DNA from: Methanobacteriota archaeon
GTDB taxonomy: Archaea; JAADCQ01; Methanopyri; Methanopyrales; Methanopyraceae
Assembly: GCA_027064425.1 (NCBI GenBank)
Contig: JAMOPO010000003.1
Location: forward strand, 64,001-128,000
Direction: 5' to 3'
Length of the DNA stretch: 64,000 nt
Both the position numbers and the translations under genes were made by a program. This document shows, in pieces, positions 37,461 to 46,241 of the stretch. The first letter of the stretch is position 1. The number at the start of each line of letters is the position of its first letter. The notes beneath the pieces are model-generated. The model was not told the origin of the DNA. It did no database searches and saw only the letters and a program-made list of their open reading frames with translations.

Positions 37461-39128
37461 GTGAGCGGGCTTATGCGTTTGTCGTTCAGACTACCTGGGG
37501 CGAGGACCTGCGCGGTAGCCTGGGCACTCGCGACGCTCGCAACGCTCGCGGCCTCTCCCCGGCTAACGGCGTACGCGCTCCTCCCCGTGCTAGGCTGCCT
37601 CTGCACGGTCCTCTCCGACCGGGTACGAGGCCGTGACGTGCCCGTCAACCGGTGGGTGTTCACCTGGGCGATCGCCGGCACGCTCGACCTGGTGGGAGCC
37701 GCTCTCGCGACCCTGGCACCCGCCGTCCTGGCGGCGGCTCGGGGACTCTCCTCCACGCTCCTGTCGCTGTCACTGCTCGGCACGGTCGAGCGGTCCCCGA
37801 TCAGGAGCGCCGCCGTCCTCCTCTACCTGGCGGCGAGCGCCATCCCGCTGTCGAGGGTGGCCAAGACGTCGCCGCTGCTCCCCCTCCTTCCATCTCTGAC
37901 CGGGTGGGTCATCGCCGCCCTCGCGATAACGGTCCTGGACACGGTCACCAAGGCCTCGCTGGGGATCGGTACCACGGAGGCGCTGGCGGAGTTTCTCAAG
38001 TTCAAGTCTGGCCGTAAGCACTCCCTGGACGCGATCTTCCGCCGGCTCAGCACGGTGACGCGCGTGACCGTCCCCGTGCGAGTCCTCGCCTTCCTAAGCT
38101 CCGGAAAGGTCGTAGGATGCTTCGTGATACCCTGGGTTCACCCGGGCCCGGTGGGGAAGATCGGGGGCGGAGACCTACCCGGTCGGATCGTGAGGAGGCT
38201 GCTCAAGCGGGGCGTGGTACCGCTCGTATTCCACTCCACGACCACGCACGACTTCAACCCAGTGGACCGTCGCGAGGCCGAGAAGGTCGTCGACGCGGTG
38301 GTCGAGCTGGTTCGGCGGGCGGAGGGCTCCCGCGGGTCCGCACGCGCGTCCCGGGCCGTGCGTGGGAGCGAGACGGACTCGATCGGCCAGGTGCTGGGGA
38401 ACCGGTTGTTCCTGGTCCTCTCCAAGTACCCTGAGCCCAGCGACGATATTGACCCCGCGACCGGCGTCTACATCGAGGCCAGGACGGGCGCGTGGGTGGT
38501 GGACGGTCACAACTGCTTCGGCGACCCCGAGGAGGGCCGCGTGCACGCGTTCTCCCCGGACTTCTGGCGGCTGCTGAACGACGCGCTCTCCATCTCGGAC
38601 CAGGTGGAGGCGACCACCGGCCTTCGAGCCGGGTTCGCTCACGCGGATCCGGAGCTGGGGCCGGAGTCAGGAGTGGGCAGCGGTGGAGTCTCGGTGGCGG
38701 CGGTGGAGGTGGACGATCATCGGACGCTGTACGTGGTCCTGGACTCGAACAGCATAGTCAGGGAGCTGAAGGAGCGCATCGAGCGGGAGCTGTCAGACCT
38801 TGCGGATGAGGTAGTGGTGTGTACCTCGGACTCGCACGAGGTGAACCCGCGCGGATATAACCCGGTTGGCGACGCGCTGGTGAAGGCGGACGAGGAGCTC
38901 GTCCGGGCCGTAAGGGAGGCGGCTGAACGGGCGGTTGACGGGCTCAAGCCCTGCGAGGTCGTGGAGCTGGAGGAGTGGGTCGAGGTCGCGGTCACCGGCC
39001 CGGGCAGCTTCCAGCAGCTGTCTCACTCCGTCAAGGTCGCCCAAAGGATGGTCAAGATACTCCTCCCCGCGGTCTTCCTGGGGGTGACGGTTCTTTCCAC
39101 GGTCACCGGGCTCTGGCTCCCGGGCTGA
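37461..39128 (+). CDS. DUF2070 family membrane protein
   Basis: TM N-terminus, VHPGP, H...THDFNP, DGHN, DSN, TSDSH; start uncertain (37425/37461/37473). Confidence 0.85.
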   Translation: MSGLMRLSFRLPGARTCAVAWALATLATLAASPRLTAYALLPVLGCLCTVLSDRVRGRDVPVNRWVFTWAIAGTLDLVGAALATLAPAVLAAARGLSSTLLSLSLLGTVERSPIRSAAVLLYLAASAIPLSRVAKTSPLLPLLPSLTGWVIAALAITVLDTVTKASLGIGTTEALAEFLKFKSGRKHSLDAIFRRLSTVTRVTVPVRVLAFLSSGKVVGCFVIPWVHPGPVGKIGGGDLPGRIVRRLLKRGVVPLVFHSTTTHDFNPVDRREAEKVVDAVVELVRRAEGSRGSARASRAVRGSETDSIGQVLGNRLFLVLSKYPEPSDDIDPATGVYIEARTGAWVVDGHNCFGDPEEGRVHAFSPDFWRLLNDALSISDQVEATTGLRAGFAHADPELGPESGVGSGGVSVAAVEVDDHRTLYVVLDSNSIVRELKERIERELSDLADEVVVCTSDSHEVNPRGYNPVGDALVKADEELVRAVREAAERAVDGLKPCEVVELEEWVEVAVTGPGSFQQLSHSVKVAQRMVKILLPAVFLGVTVLSTVTGLWLPG

Positions 39129-39129
39129 C

Positions 39130-40218
39130 GTGTACTGCACGGCGTTCGGACTCGGGTTCGGCCACGCCTCGCGGGTGCTGGGGATCACCCGGGAGCTGCT
39201 GAGGCTGGAGGCTGACGTCGTGCTGAGCTCCTTCGGGGAGGGGTGGAGGCTGCTCACCAGGGAGCTGCCCGACGCGACCGTGTACAGGATCCCGACGATC
39301 GAGATCTTCTCCCGCTCGGGCTCCTTCAGCGTAGTTCACGTGCTGAAGCGGCACCCCGATCTCCCGCTGCGGTTCTACGCCGGGCTCGAGCTGGACATGA
39401 GGATAATCCGGCGGCACGGCTGCCGGGTGGTAGTGTCCGACTGCCAGTTCCACGCGCTGGCGGCGGCGCGCCTGCTGGACGTGCCCGTCGTGCTGATCAC
39501 CAACCTCCTCCGGGTCCCGAACGCCGACCCGGCCTCGAGGCTAGTGAATTGGTTCCTGCGGGAGTTTCTCAGCCTGGCCGACGTCGTGATCGTCCCCGAT
39601 GCGCCCTTCGACGAGTCCACCGATCTCGACGCGGAGGTGGTCTGGGTGGGACCGATCCTCCGGGTCCGGCCGGACGAGCTCCCCGGCGAGCGGGAGATCA
39701 GGGAGCGCTTCGGTCTGCCTGAGGACACGCCGATCGTCCTAGTCACGGCCGGCGGTTCCCCGCACGGTAGACGGATCGTGGAGCTCGCCGTCGAGGGGAT
39801 CAGGCGACTCGAGGAGGATGTGTTCACGATCGTCGTGAGCAGCGGGCTGGGAGCCGAGATCCTGCGCGGGATTCCGGGCCGGGTCCTCAGCTACGTGGAC
39901 AACTTGATGGAACTGATCAAGGTGGCGGACGTGGTGGTCACTCACGGCGGGCACACCACCATCTCCGAGTGCGCCTGCCTAAGGACGCCGGTCGTGTCCA
40001 TCCCACTGCCCGGGCATCCGGAGCAGCTGATGAACGCCCGCCGGGTGGAGGAGCGGCGGCTGGGGGTCGCCCTGATGCCTGAGGACCTCTCGCCGGTCCG
40101 GGTGGCCGAGGCTATAAGGGATGCGATGGGCAGCCGGGTACCGCGGGCGCGATTGATGGACGGCAGGGGGGCGGAACGGGCTGCCCGCATCGTCCGGGAG
40201 GCAATGGACGCGCCGTGA
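39130..40218 (+). CDS. MurG-like GT28 glycosyltransferase
   Basis: GLGFGHASR, TAGGS, HGGHTTISE, P..HPEQ..NA. Confidence 0.85.
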   Translation: MYCTAFGLGFGHASRVLGITRELLRLEADVVLSSFGEGWRLLTRELPDATVYRIPTIEIFSRSGSFSVVHVLKRHPDLPLRFYAGLELDMRIIRRHGCRVVVSDCQFHALAAARLLDVPVVLITNLLRVPNADPASRLVNWFLREFLSLADVVIVPDAPFDESTDLDAEVVWVGPILRVRPDELPGEREIRERFGLPEDTPIVLVTAGGSPHGRRIVELAVEGIRRLEEDVFTIVVSSGLGAEILRGIPGRVLSYVDNLMELIKVADVVVTHGGHTTISECACLRTPVVSIPLPGHPEQLMNARRVEERRLGVALMPEDLSPVRVAEAIRDAMGSRVPRARLMDGRGAERAARIVREAMDAP

Positions 40219-40780
40219 GGTAGGCCGGCAGCTGATACACATCGGGTTCGGGCTGCTGTTCATGGTCCCCCTGCACCTGCTCGGCCCGATCAAGTTCTGC
40301 CTGTTCTTGCTCGCGATCCTCATCCCTGGTTTGGCCGTGTCCGCCTGCGTGCGCCGCGGGATTTACGTTCCGCTGATCACGGAGCTGGTGGAGACGTTCG
40401 AGCGACCAGAGGAGATGGAGCTGCCCGGGCAGGGCACCCTGCACTTCCTCACCGGCGTGCTGGTCGCGACCGCCATCGCCCGGCAGGTCCAGATCGTGGA
40501 CGTGGCGATCATCGTGCTGGCGGTGGGGGACGGCGTGTCCACGATCGTGGGGGTTCCGTTCGGCCGAACGCCGCTCCCCCACAACCCGGACAAGAGCTTA
40601 GAGGGCAGCCTGGCCGGCTTCGTCTCCGCGGCCGCGCTGGCCTCCATCTGGACGCGAGACCCGGCCGCGTCCGTGCTGGCCTCCCTAGTGGGGACCGCGG
40701 TGGAGACGCTGCCGGCGCTGAACGATAACGTCACCATTCCCATCGCCGTCTCTCTGTTCCTCCTCTGGTGGTGGTCCTGA
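40208..40780 (+). CDS. Polyprenol (dolichol/phytol) kinase-like membrane protein; non-canonical ACG start inferred
   Basis: EVGRQLIHI lies upstream of the first ATG (40262); GDGVSTIVG, KSLEGS, NDNVTIP. Confidence 0.8.
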   Translation, partial: TRREVGRQLIHIGFGLLFMVPLHLLGPIKFCLFLLAILIPGLAVSACVRRGIYVPLITELVETFERPEEMELPGQGTLHFLTGVLVATAIARQVQIVDVAIIVLAVGDGVSTIVGVPFGRTPLPHNPDKSLEGSLAGFVSAAALASIWTRDPAASVLASLVGTAVETLPALNDNVTIPIAVSLFLLWWWS

Positions 40781-41706
40781 TGAGACTGGCGATCACCGCG
40801 GCGGCCTCAGCCGCCGCCCTTGTCCTCGTGATGCTGTGGGGACCGGACTACCTTGCGCCCGCCGCGCTCATCCTGGAGGGGGGTAGCAAGCCGAAAGTGG
40901 TGGCGTTCTTGCTTCTGATGACCCTGACATCGGCCGCCGCGATCCTCCTCAGACTCCCCGATCGCAGGTGGGAGCTCGCACTCCTAATTCTCCCGTTCCT
41001 ATCGAACGCCCTCCACTGCGTCGGGGTGAGCTTGTCCGGGCTGCCGACGACCGTGGAGGTGTTCGTGTTCGACGGCACGAAGCTGGAGGGGGACTCGCCC
41101 TTCCACACCCACGTGGGCAAGTCTGCGGTCTCCACGGTGCTGCCCAGCTCCGCCGAGCCCGTCTCCGCGCACTCCGGCCGCTCGCTGTGCCGGGTTTACC
41201 CGGCGTCCGTCCGGGCCGCCGAGCTGGCGGTCGTAACCACCTCAGTGGTCCTCGCGGCCGCCGCCAGCCGCGGCCCGGTGACGTGCTTCGCCGGCTCCCT
41301 GCTGGCGATGAGCACGGTGGACGGGGGAGGATTCTCCCTTCCCTACATCAACGGGTGCTGGCTGATGGCCCTGACCGAGGCCGCTCGGGGAGGGAAGGTG
41401 GAGTCGGCGACGTTCGGCTTGGCAGCCCTGCTGTCCCCCTACGCCAAGATGGTGCTCGGGACTGAGGTCACGGCCCGGTACTACGGGTCGCGCTGGGACC
41501 GGATCCACGTGATCCCGGTGAACGTGCCCAAGCCGGTGCTGACCGAGGCGGGCGCCAGGCCGCTCGGACCCGGCGTTTACGCCATCAGGGCCCGAGACAG
41601 GTGCGCCTTCCTGCGCGGGCTCGAGCGCGGGCTGCGCGAGAGGAGGTGCCGGTGGGCCGAGGTCCTTCTGGTCCCAAACATCGGGGCGCACCTTACGACC
41701 GGCTGA
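40780..41706 (+). CDS. Hypothetical multi-pass membrane protein
   Basis: TGATG coupling to the upstream gene; several hydrophobic segments. Confidence 0.65.
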   Translation: MRLAITAAASAAALVLVMLWGPDYLAPAALILEGGSKPKVVAFLLLMTLTSAAAILLRLPDRRWELALLILPFLSNALHCVGVSLSGLPTTVEVFVFDGTKLEGDSPFHTHVGKSAVSTVLPSSAEPVSAHSGRSLCRVYPASVRAAELAVVTTSVVLAAAASRGPVTCFAGSLLAMSTVDGGGFSLPYINGCWLMALTEAARGGKVESATFGLAALLSPYAKMVLGTEVTARYYGSRWDRIHVIPVNVPKPVLTEAGARPLGPGVYAIRARDRCAFLRGLERGLRERRCRWAEVLLVPNIGAHLTTG

Positions 41707-42154
41707 CCCGACTCTCAACGAACTCCCTGAGAAGGTCTCTCTCAACTCCCAGGGCCTCGGCCAGCCTGTCCGTCGCCTCCCGGACGAAGTCCTCAACGAC
41801 CTCCTCCAGCTCCCGCTCCACCTCCTCCAACTCCTCCTCCAGTTCCTCAGAAGACCCGCTCAGCTTGGACTTCGACTTGCGCAGCTCCTCGTTGATGCGG
41901 TCCGCCCTCCGGCGGAGCTCGCGCACCTTCTGATCGACCTCCATCTCCCGCTCTACGACGCCGACGACCTCTTCGAAGTCGAACTCAGCCCGCACGATCC
42001 GCGTGAGCAGCCGGTCGAATTCGTCCTCCCCTAGGCGCCCTCGTAGGTGCTCGGTGAGCTCCTCCAGGAACCGCTCGACTCGGAGGGAGGTCTTCGGGTC
42101 CAGCTCTCGCAGCTTCCTGCCGAGCTCGGCCGGGTACGCCTTGAACGCTCTCAG
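41693..42154 (-). CDS. Hypothetical coiled-coil protein; CTG start inferred
   Basis: Coding-like frame extends 53 codons upstream of GTG 41995 to a CTG that overlaps the upstream stop. Confidence 0.7.
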   Translation of the reverse strand: MRAFKAYPAELGRKLRELDPKTSLRVERFLEELTEHLRGRLGEDEFDRLLTRIVRAEFDFEEVVGVVEREMEVDQKVRELRRRADRINEELRKSKSKLSGSSEELEEELEEVERELEEVVEDFVREATDRLAEALGVERDLLREFVESRVSRS

Positions 42155-43368
42155 CTCCCCTCACCCGCCCTGCGCTCCAGCTCCTCGATCCGAATGGGCA
42201 GCCGGTCCTCGGGGGATATCTTGCGGATGTACCTGCGCCTGAACCTCGGATCCTGCATCCGGCATCGGTCGCTCCAGCGCTTCCACTCCGGGTGCGAGGT
42301 GAGCCTCTTCCACGCCTTCTTGAGCCCTACCTCGCGCACGTTGCCGAACGAGATCGGGGTAAAGTCGCAGGGGGTTACCTCCCCGTCGTTGGTCACGTGA
42401 CACTGGACGTAGCCCGCGAAGCACCCCGACCCGTGCCGGCTGTTCACGTACGACATCACGGACACGCGCGGGCCCGACCGCTTGTCCCGGTTCCATCGTA
42501 GGTGCAGGTCAACGAGCTCCTCCCGGTGGCGCTTGGACAGGATGACGTCCTCCCGGTGGAGCAGGCGGCCGGTGGGCACGGCGTCGAACACGGTAACCTC
42601 GTGCACACCCAGCCGGGCGGCCAGCCTGAGGAGGTCCTCCACCTTGCCGGTCTCAACGGCCTCCGGGGTGGCGTACGTTGAAATGCCCACGAGCACGCCC
42701 GCATCCAGGCAGGCTCGAATACCCTCCAGGCACCGGTCGAAGAGCCCCGGAACCCCGCGCAGCTCGTCGTGCTCCTCCGGATCGGGGCTGTCGATGCTCA
42801 CGTGGACCGCGTAGACGCCCGCCTCGGCGAGCTCGTCGACCCGCTCCCGCAGGTTGTACCCCGCGGTGAACACCGCTGCGATCGCCTTGTCAGGGTCGAC
42901 GCTCGAGATCAGCTCGGGCAGATCCTCCCTCAGCAGCGGGTCACCTCCGGTGAAGGTCACGTTGTACGTGCCGAGGTCCAGAGCGTCCTCGATGACCTCC
43001 TTCCACTCCTTGGTGGACAGCTCCTTCCGGCTCCTCCGGGCCGCGCTGCAGTGCACGCAGTTGCACGGACACCTGGCGGTCACGGCCATGGTGATGGCCT
43101 CGGGGATCCGGCGCCTGAGCAGCTCGGACTTCAGCCTGGCCTTAATCAGCCGGATGAAAGCCTTGCTGGGGAGCGGGGGTAGGTACAGGGAGAAAACTAT
43201 CCTGTCCTCTAGGACGGCGGCCGGCTTCTCCTCCTCCAGGTGCCTGAGCAGCTTCTTGAGCGGGCTCAAGAGCCTCGCCAGCCGGCCCGAGAGCTCGAAG
43301 CTAACCTCTCCCTCGTTCACCACGGCCTCCAGCCTCACGCCCGGCTTATCGACCAGAGTCACTCGCAA
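42151..43368 (-). CDS. Radical SAM protein with SPASM/twitch domain
   Basis: CPCNCVHC, FTGGDP, GCFAG...GEVTPCDF, C-terminal CRM. Confidence 0.9.
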   Translation of the reverse strand: MRVTLVDKPGVRLEAVVNEGEVSFELSGRLARLLSPLKKLLRHLEEEKPAAVLEDRIVFSLYLPPLPSKAFIRLIKARLKSELLRRRIPEAITMAVTARCPCNCVHCSAARRSRKELSTKEWKEVIEDALDLGTYNVTFTGGDPLLREDLPELISSVDPDKAIAAVFTAGYNLRERVDELAEAGVYAVHVSIDSPDPEEHDELRGVPGLFDRCLEGIRACLDAGVLVGISTYATPEAVETGKVEDLLRLAARLGVHEVTVFDAVPTGRLLHREDVILSKRHREELVDLHLRWNRDKRSGPRVSVMSYVNSRHGSGCFAGYVQCHVTNDGEVTPCDFTPISFGNVREVGLKKAWKRLTSHPEWKRWSDRCRMQDPRFRRRYIRKISPEDRLPIRIEELERRAGEGS

Positions 43369-43374
43369 GGCGCG

Positions 43375-44448
43375 CTAGAGCCCCAGTCCGCGGTGAGGTA
43401 TCCGAATGTTGAGGATGAGCAGGGCCAGCGCCGCCAGCGTGACCGTGGTCACGATCTTGGAGGCGGCCTCCCGGCCCAGCACCTCGCGAAGCGCCTCCTC
43501 CAGGATCCTTCCCCCGTCCAGGGGCTTGATCGGCAGTAGGTTGGCCACGCCGACACCCAGGGACAGCAGCCCCAGCAGGTTCAGGAAGGCCAGCAGGTCG
43601 ATCGCGACCTCGGACACCCGGTAGCCACCGAAGTTGGGTATCACGTACACGCCCAGCACGGGCCTGCCCCGCCACAGCCTCACCTTAACGCGCTTGGTAC
43701 CCCGATCCGTCTTCACCGTGACCGTCTCGCCGGGCCTGTGACGGCCCACCTCGTTCCTAAGGTCCTGGATAGTGCTCACCTGTTTGCCCTCCACGCTAAC
43801 TATCCGCTCGCCCGGCTCGAGCGGGACGTCCTTGAACACCTTCCCGTGGACGATGACCCCGCTGCCCGCCAGTACGGGGGCGTAGGCGAGCAGGGTCACG
43901 AGCGCCCAGCAGACGAAGTACGTGAGCACGTTGAACGCCGGGCCGGCGCTCAGGATCTCGATGCGGTGCCTAAGCCGGGCCCGCTCGAACTCCTCCCGAT
44001 CCGGCTCGACGAACGCGCCGGGGAAGATCAGGAGCAGGAAAAACCCGACGCGCCGAATCCTGACACCGGTCAGCCGGAGCGCCACCGCGTGCCCCAGCTC
44101 GTGAACGATGAGTATGGTTGCGAGCGACACCGCCCCGGAGACCAGCGGTATCGTCACGCCCGGGAGCAGGGGCACGAACTCGCCACTCCCCGGTCCCGAC
44201 GTCGCGATCCCCCTCACCAGCAGGAACGTCGCCAGGCCGAGCCCGGCCACTCCTATCACCGGGGAGAGCTTAACCAGTACCCGGAGGATCACCCCCGACC
44301 GGCCGCTGACCAGCCGCTCCAGCCCGGGCACCCGGTCGGTGTACTTGTAGAGGACTCCCCACCGGAACTCCATTCCCAGGATCCTGCCCAGACCCGCGGC
44401 GACGGCGATCGCGATCGCCAGCGCCAGGATGGTGCTTACCTCCACCAC
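43375..44448 (-). CDS. Site-2 protease (M50) with PDZ-like insert
   Basis: HELGH, GAFVEP, SAGP, NLLPIKPLDGG. Confidence 0.92.
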   Translation of the reverse strand: MVEVSTILALAIAIAVAAGLGRILGMEFRWGVLYKYTDRVPGLERLVSGRSGVILRVLVKLSPVIGVAGLGLATFLLVRGIATSGPGSGEFVPLLPGVTIPLVSGAVSLATILIVHELGHAVALRLTGVRIRRVGFFLLLIFPGAFVEPDREEFERARLRHRIEILSAGPAFNVLTYFVCWALVTLLAYAPVLAGSGVIVHGKVFKDVPLEPGERIVSVEGKQVSTIQDLRNEVGRHRPGETVTVKTDRGTKRVKVRLWRGRPVLGVYVIPNFGGYRVSEVAIDLLAFLNLLGLLSLGVGVANLLPIKPLDGGRILEEALREVLGREAASKIVTTVTLAALALLILNIRIPHRGLGL

Positions 44449-44471
44449 AACGCCCCCAGGAGTGATCCACG

Positions 44472-45155
44472 ATGAAGGAGGTCAGGTACTCCGACGAGCG
44501 TTGGAAGCTTCTGGAGAAGCTCCGCGAGAAGGCCCGCCGAGTGGTCGAAACGCTCTCCAACCTGGGGCTGGAGGGCTGGGTGCACGGTAGCGTGGCTCGA
44601 GGTGACGTCAGGAAGGGCAGTGACGTGGACGTGTTCGTCCCCCAACCGGTGTCCCCACACACCGTTGACGCTCTGGTTGAGTCCGCCCCGTACGAGGTCC
44701 TTAAGATTGTGGCCACGCTGCCCACGCCCAGGGACTGCGTCCGGGTCAAGGTCAAGATGGAAGGCGACGTGGAGGTCACCGTCCCCATCACGACACCCTC
44801 GGACCGGGAGCTCGAGTTCTACGACTTCTCCGGTAAGCTGACACCCGAGGCGCTGGACCGGGACGAGCGCGTGCCCGGTGTCAACAAGCAGCTCAGGATG
44901 ATCGAGCCCCGGCCGTGGGGCCACGTCGAGTACTCCATTCTCGGTCGGGAAGGCGAGGTGGCCTCCAAGCTGGGGATCAGCGTGCAGCTCGTCAACGAGC
45001 GGATCAAGGCCCTCACGCGCAGGGATAAAGTAGGTGTCCAGGGGGTCCACGCCAAGGTCGAGGGTCGGCCGGGTGAGCCCACGGTCGAACTGCTCCGGCG
45101 GCTGGCCCGGAGCAACCCCAAGGCGGCGGAGAAGCTCTCGGACCTGGGGGTGTAA
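44472..45155 (+). CDS. Archaeal nucleotidyltransferase-domain protein (COG2413-like)
   Basis: HGSVARGDV..SDVD, EFY.F.G, RVPGVNKQL. Confidence 0.85.
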   Translation: MKEVRYSDERWKLLEKLREKARRVVETLSNLGLEGWVHGSVARGDVRKGSDVDVFVPQPVSPHTVDALVESAPYEVLKIVATLPTPRDCVRVKVKMEGDVEVTVPITTPSDRELEFYDFSGKLTPEALDRDERVPGVNKQLRMIEPRPWGHVEYSILGREGEVASKLGISVQLVNERIKALTRRDKVGVQGVHAKVEGRPGEPTVELLRRLARSNPKAAEKLSDLGV

Positions 45156-45157
45156 CC

Positions 45158-45781
45158 GTGGGAACCGTCACACCGGAGGATCCGCGCATCCGGTTGCTCC
45201 TGTCCTTCGTCGGTTACGCGAAGGATCGGGCGTCCTCCGGCGCCTACTCCGACGTGAACCGGCGCCAGCTATTGGAGGTCCTGGAGAAGCTTGAGTCCAA
45301 GCTGCAGGAGATCCGCTACTCGTACCTACCATCGAGCCAGGTCGCTGAGGAGCTCTCCGGGCTGCGCTCGGAGCTCGAGGACGCCGCGAATCCGGAGGAG
45401 CCCGACCTCCGCTGGCTGCTCGAGTACCTGGAGCACGCCGATCGCCTGTTCGAGCGCGAGGCCGAGGATGAGGCCGACGCCGTGCTGTGCACGGTGTGTG
45501 AGGTGCTGAGCGTGCGAGACCACCCGGAGGCCGACAACCTCTGGATCACGACCGTGAACGCCGGGGACTTCGGTAAGAGGACCGTGGTGACGAACCTCGA
45601 GGATGTGGATGAGGGGGACTCGATGGCGCTGGCCCTGCTCCCGCCGCGGGAGTTCATGGGGGTCGTCAGCGAGGGGATGTTCTGCGGTGAGGCCGAGGGT
45701 GACCCCGGAGAAATCATAGAGCCCCCTGACCGTGGCGAGGTCCGAAGCGCGGTGATGGAGTGGTTGGAGGGGGAGCGATGA
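45158..45781 (+). CDS. tRNA-binding (EMAP/OB) domain protein (COG2517-like)
   Basis: HPEADNL, VVTN, LLPPREFMGVVSEGMF. Confidence 0.85.
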   Translation: MGTVTPEDPRIRLLLSFVGYAKDRASSGAYSDVNRRQLLEVLEKLESKLQEIRYSYLPSSQVAEELSGLRSELEDAANPEEPDLRWLLEYLEHADRLFEREAEDEADAVLCTVCEVLSVRDHPEADNLWITTVNAGDFGKRTVVTNLEDVDEGDSMALALLPPREFMGVVSEGMFCGEAEGDPGEIIEPPDRGEVRSAVMEWLEGER

Positions 45782-46197
45782 CGATGGTTGACCCGGAGGA
45801 CCTGACCTACCGCGAAAAGCTCGTCCTGCTGGCCCTGTACGAGGAGTTCGACGGTGGCCCGGCCGGCGTGAAGAGGCTGGCGCCGGTGGTCCACATGGAC
45901 AAGACCAAGGTGGCGCGGGCGCTCAACGAGCTCGAAGAGAAGGGGCTGGTCGAGTTCGAGCACATGAAGGGCCGGTGGCTCACCGAGGAGGGCGAGAAGG
46001 TCGCTAAGGAGATCTCCAAGGAGATGGACCTTCCGAAGGACGAGGGACCGTACCAGTGCTCCGAGTGCGGTCGGAAGTACAAGCACCTGCGGCTGAAGTG
46101 CGCGGTCTGCGGTGGTGAGATCGAGGTCAACAAGGATCATCCAGACGCGGCCAAGGCGGAGTGGAACCTGGAGCGCGCTCGGAAGGGATACCTCTAA
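45778..46197 (+). CDS. wHTH transcription regulator with C-terminal Zn ribbon
   Basis: HTH..RALNELEEKGLV..LTEEG followed by CSEC...CAVC. Confidence 0.75.
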   Translation: MTMVDPEDLTYREKLVLLALYEEFDGGPAGVKRLAPVVHMDKTKVARALNELEEKGLVEFEHMKGRWLTEEGEKVAKEISKEMDLPKDEGPYQCSECGRKYKHLRLKCAVCGGEIEVNKDHPDAAKAEWNLERARKGYL

Positions 46198-46241
46198 TCC
46201 CTCCCCACGCGCCCGCGCAATCGTTCTTGGGGAGCTAACGT

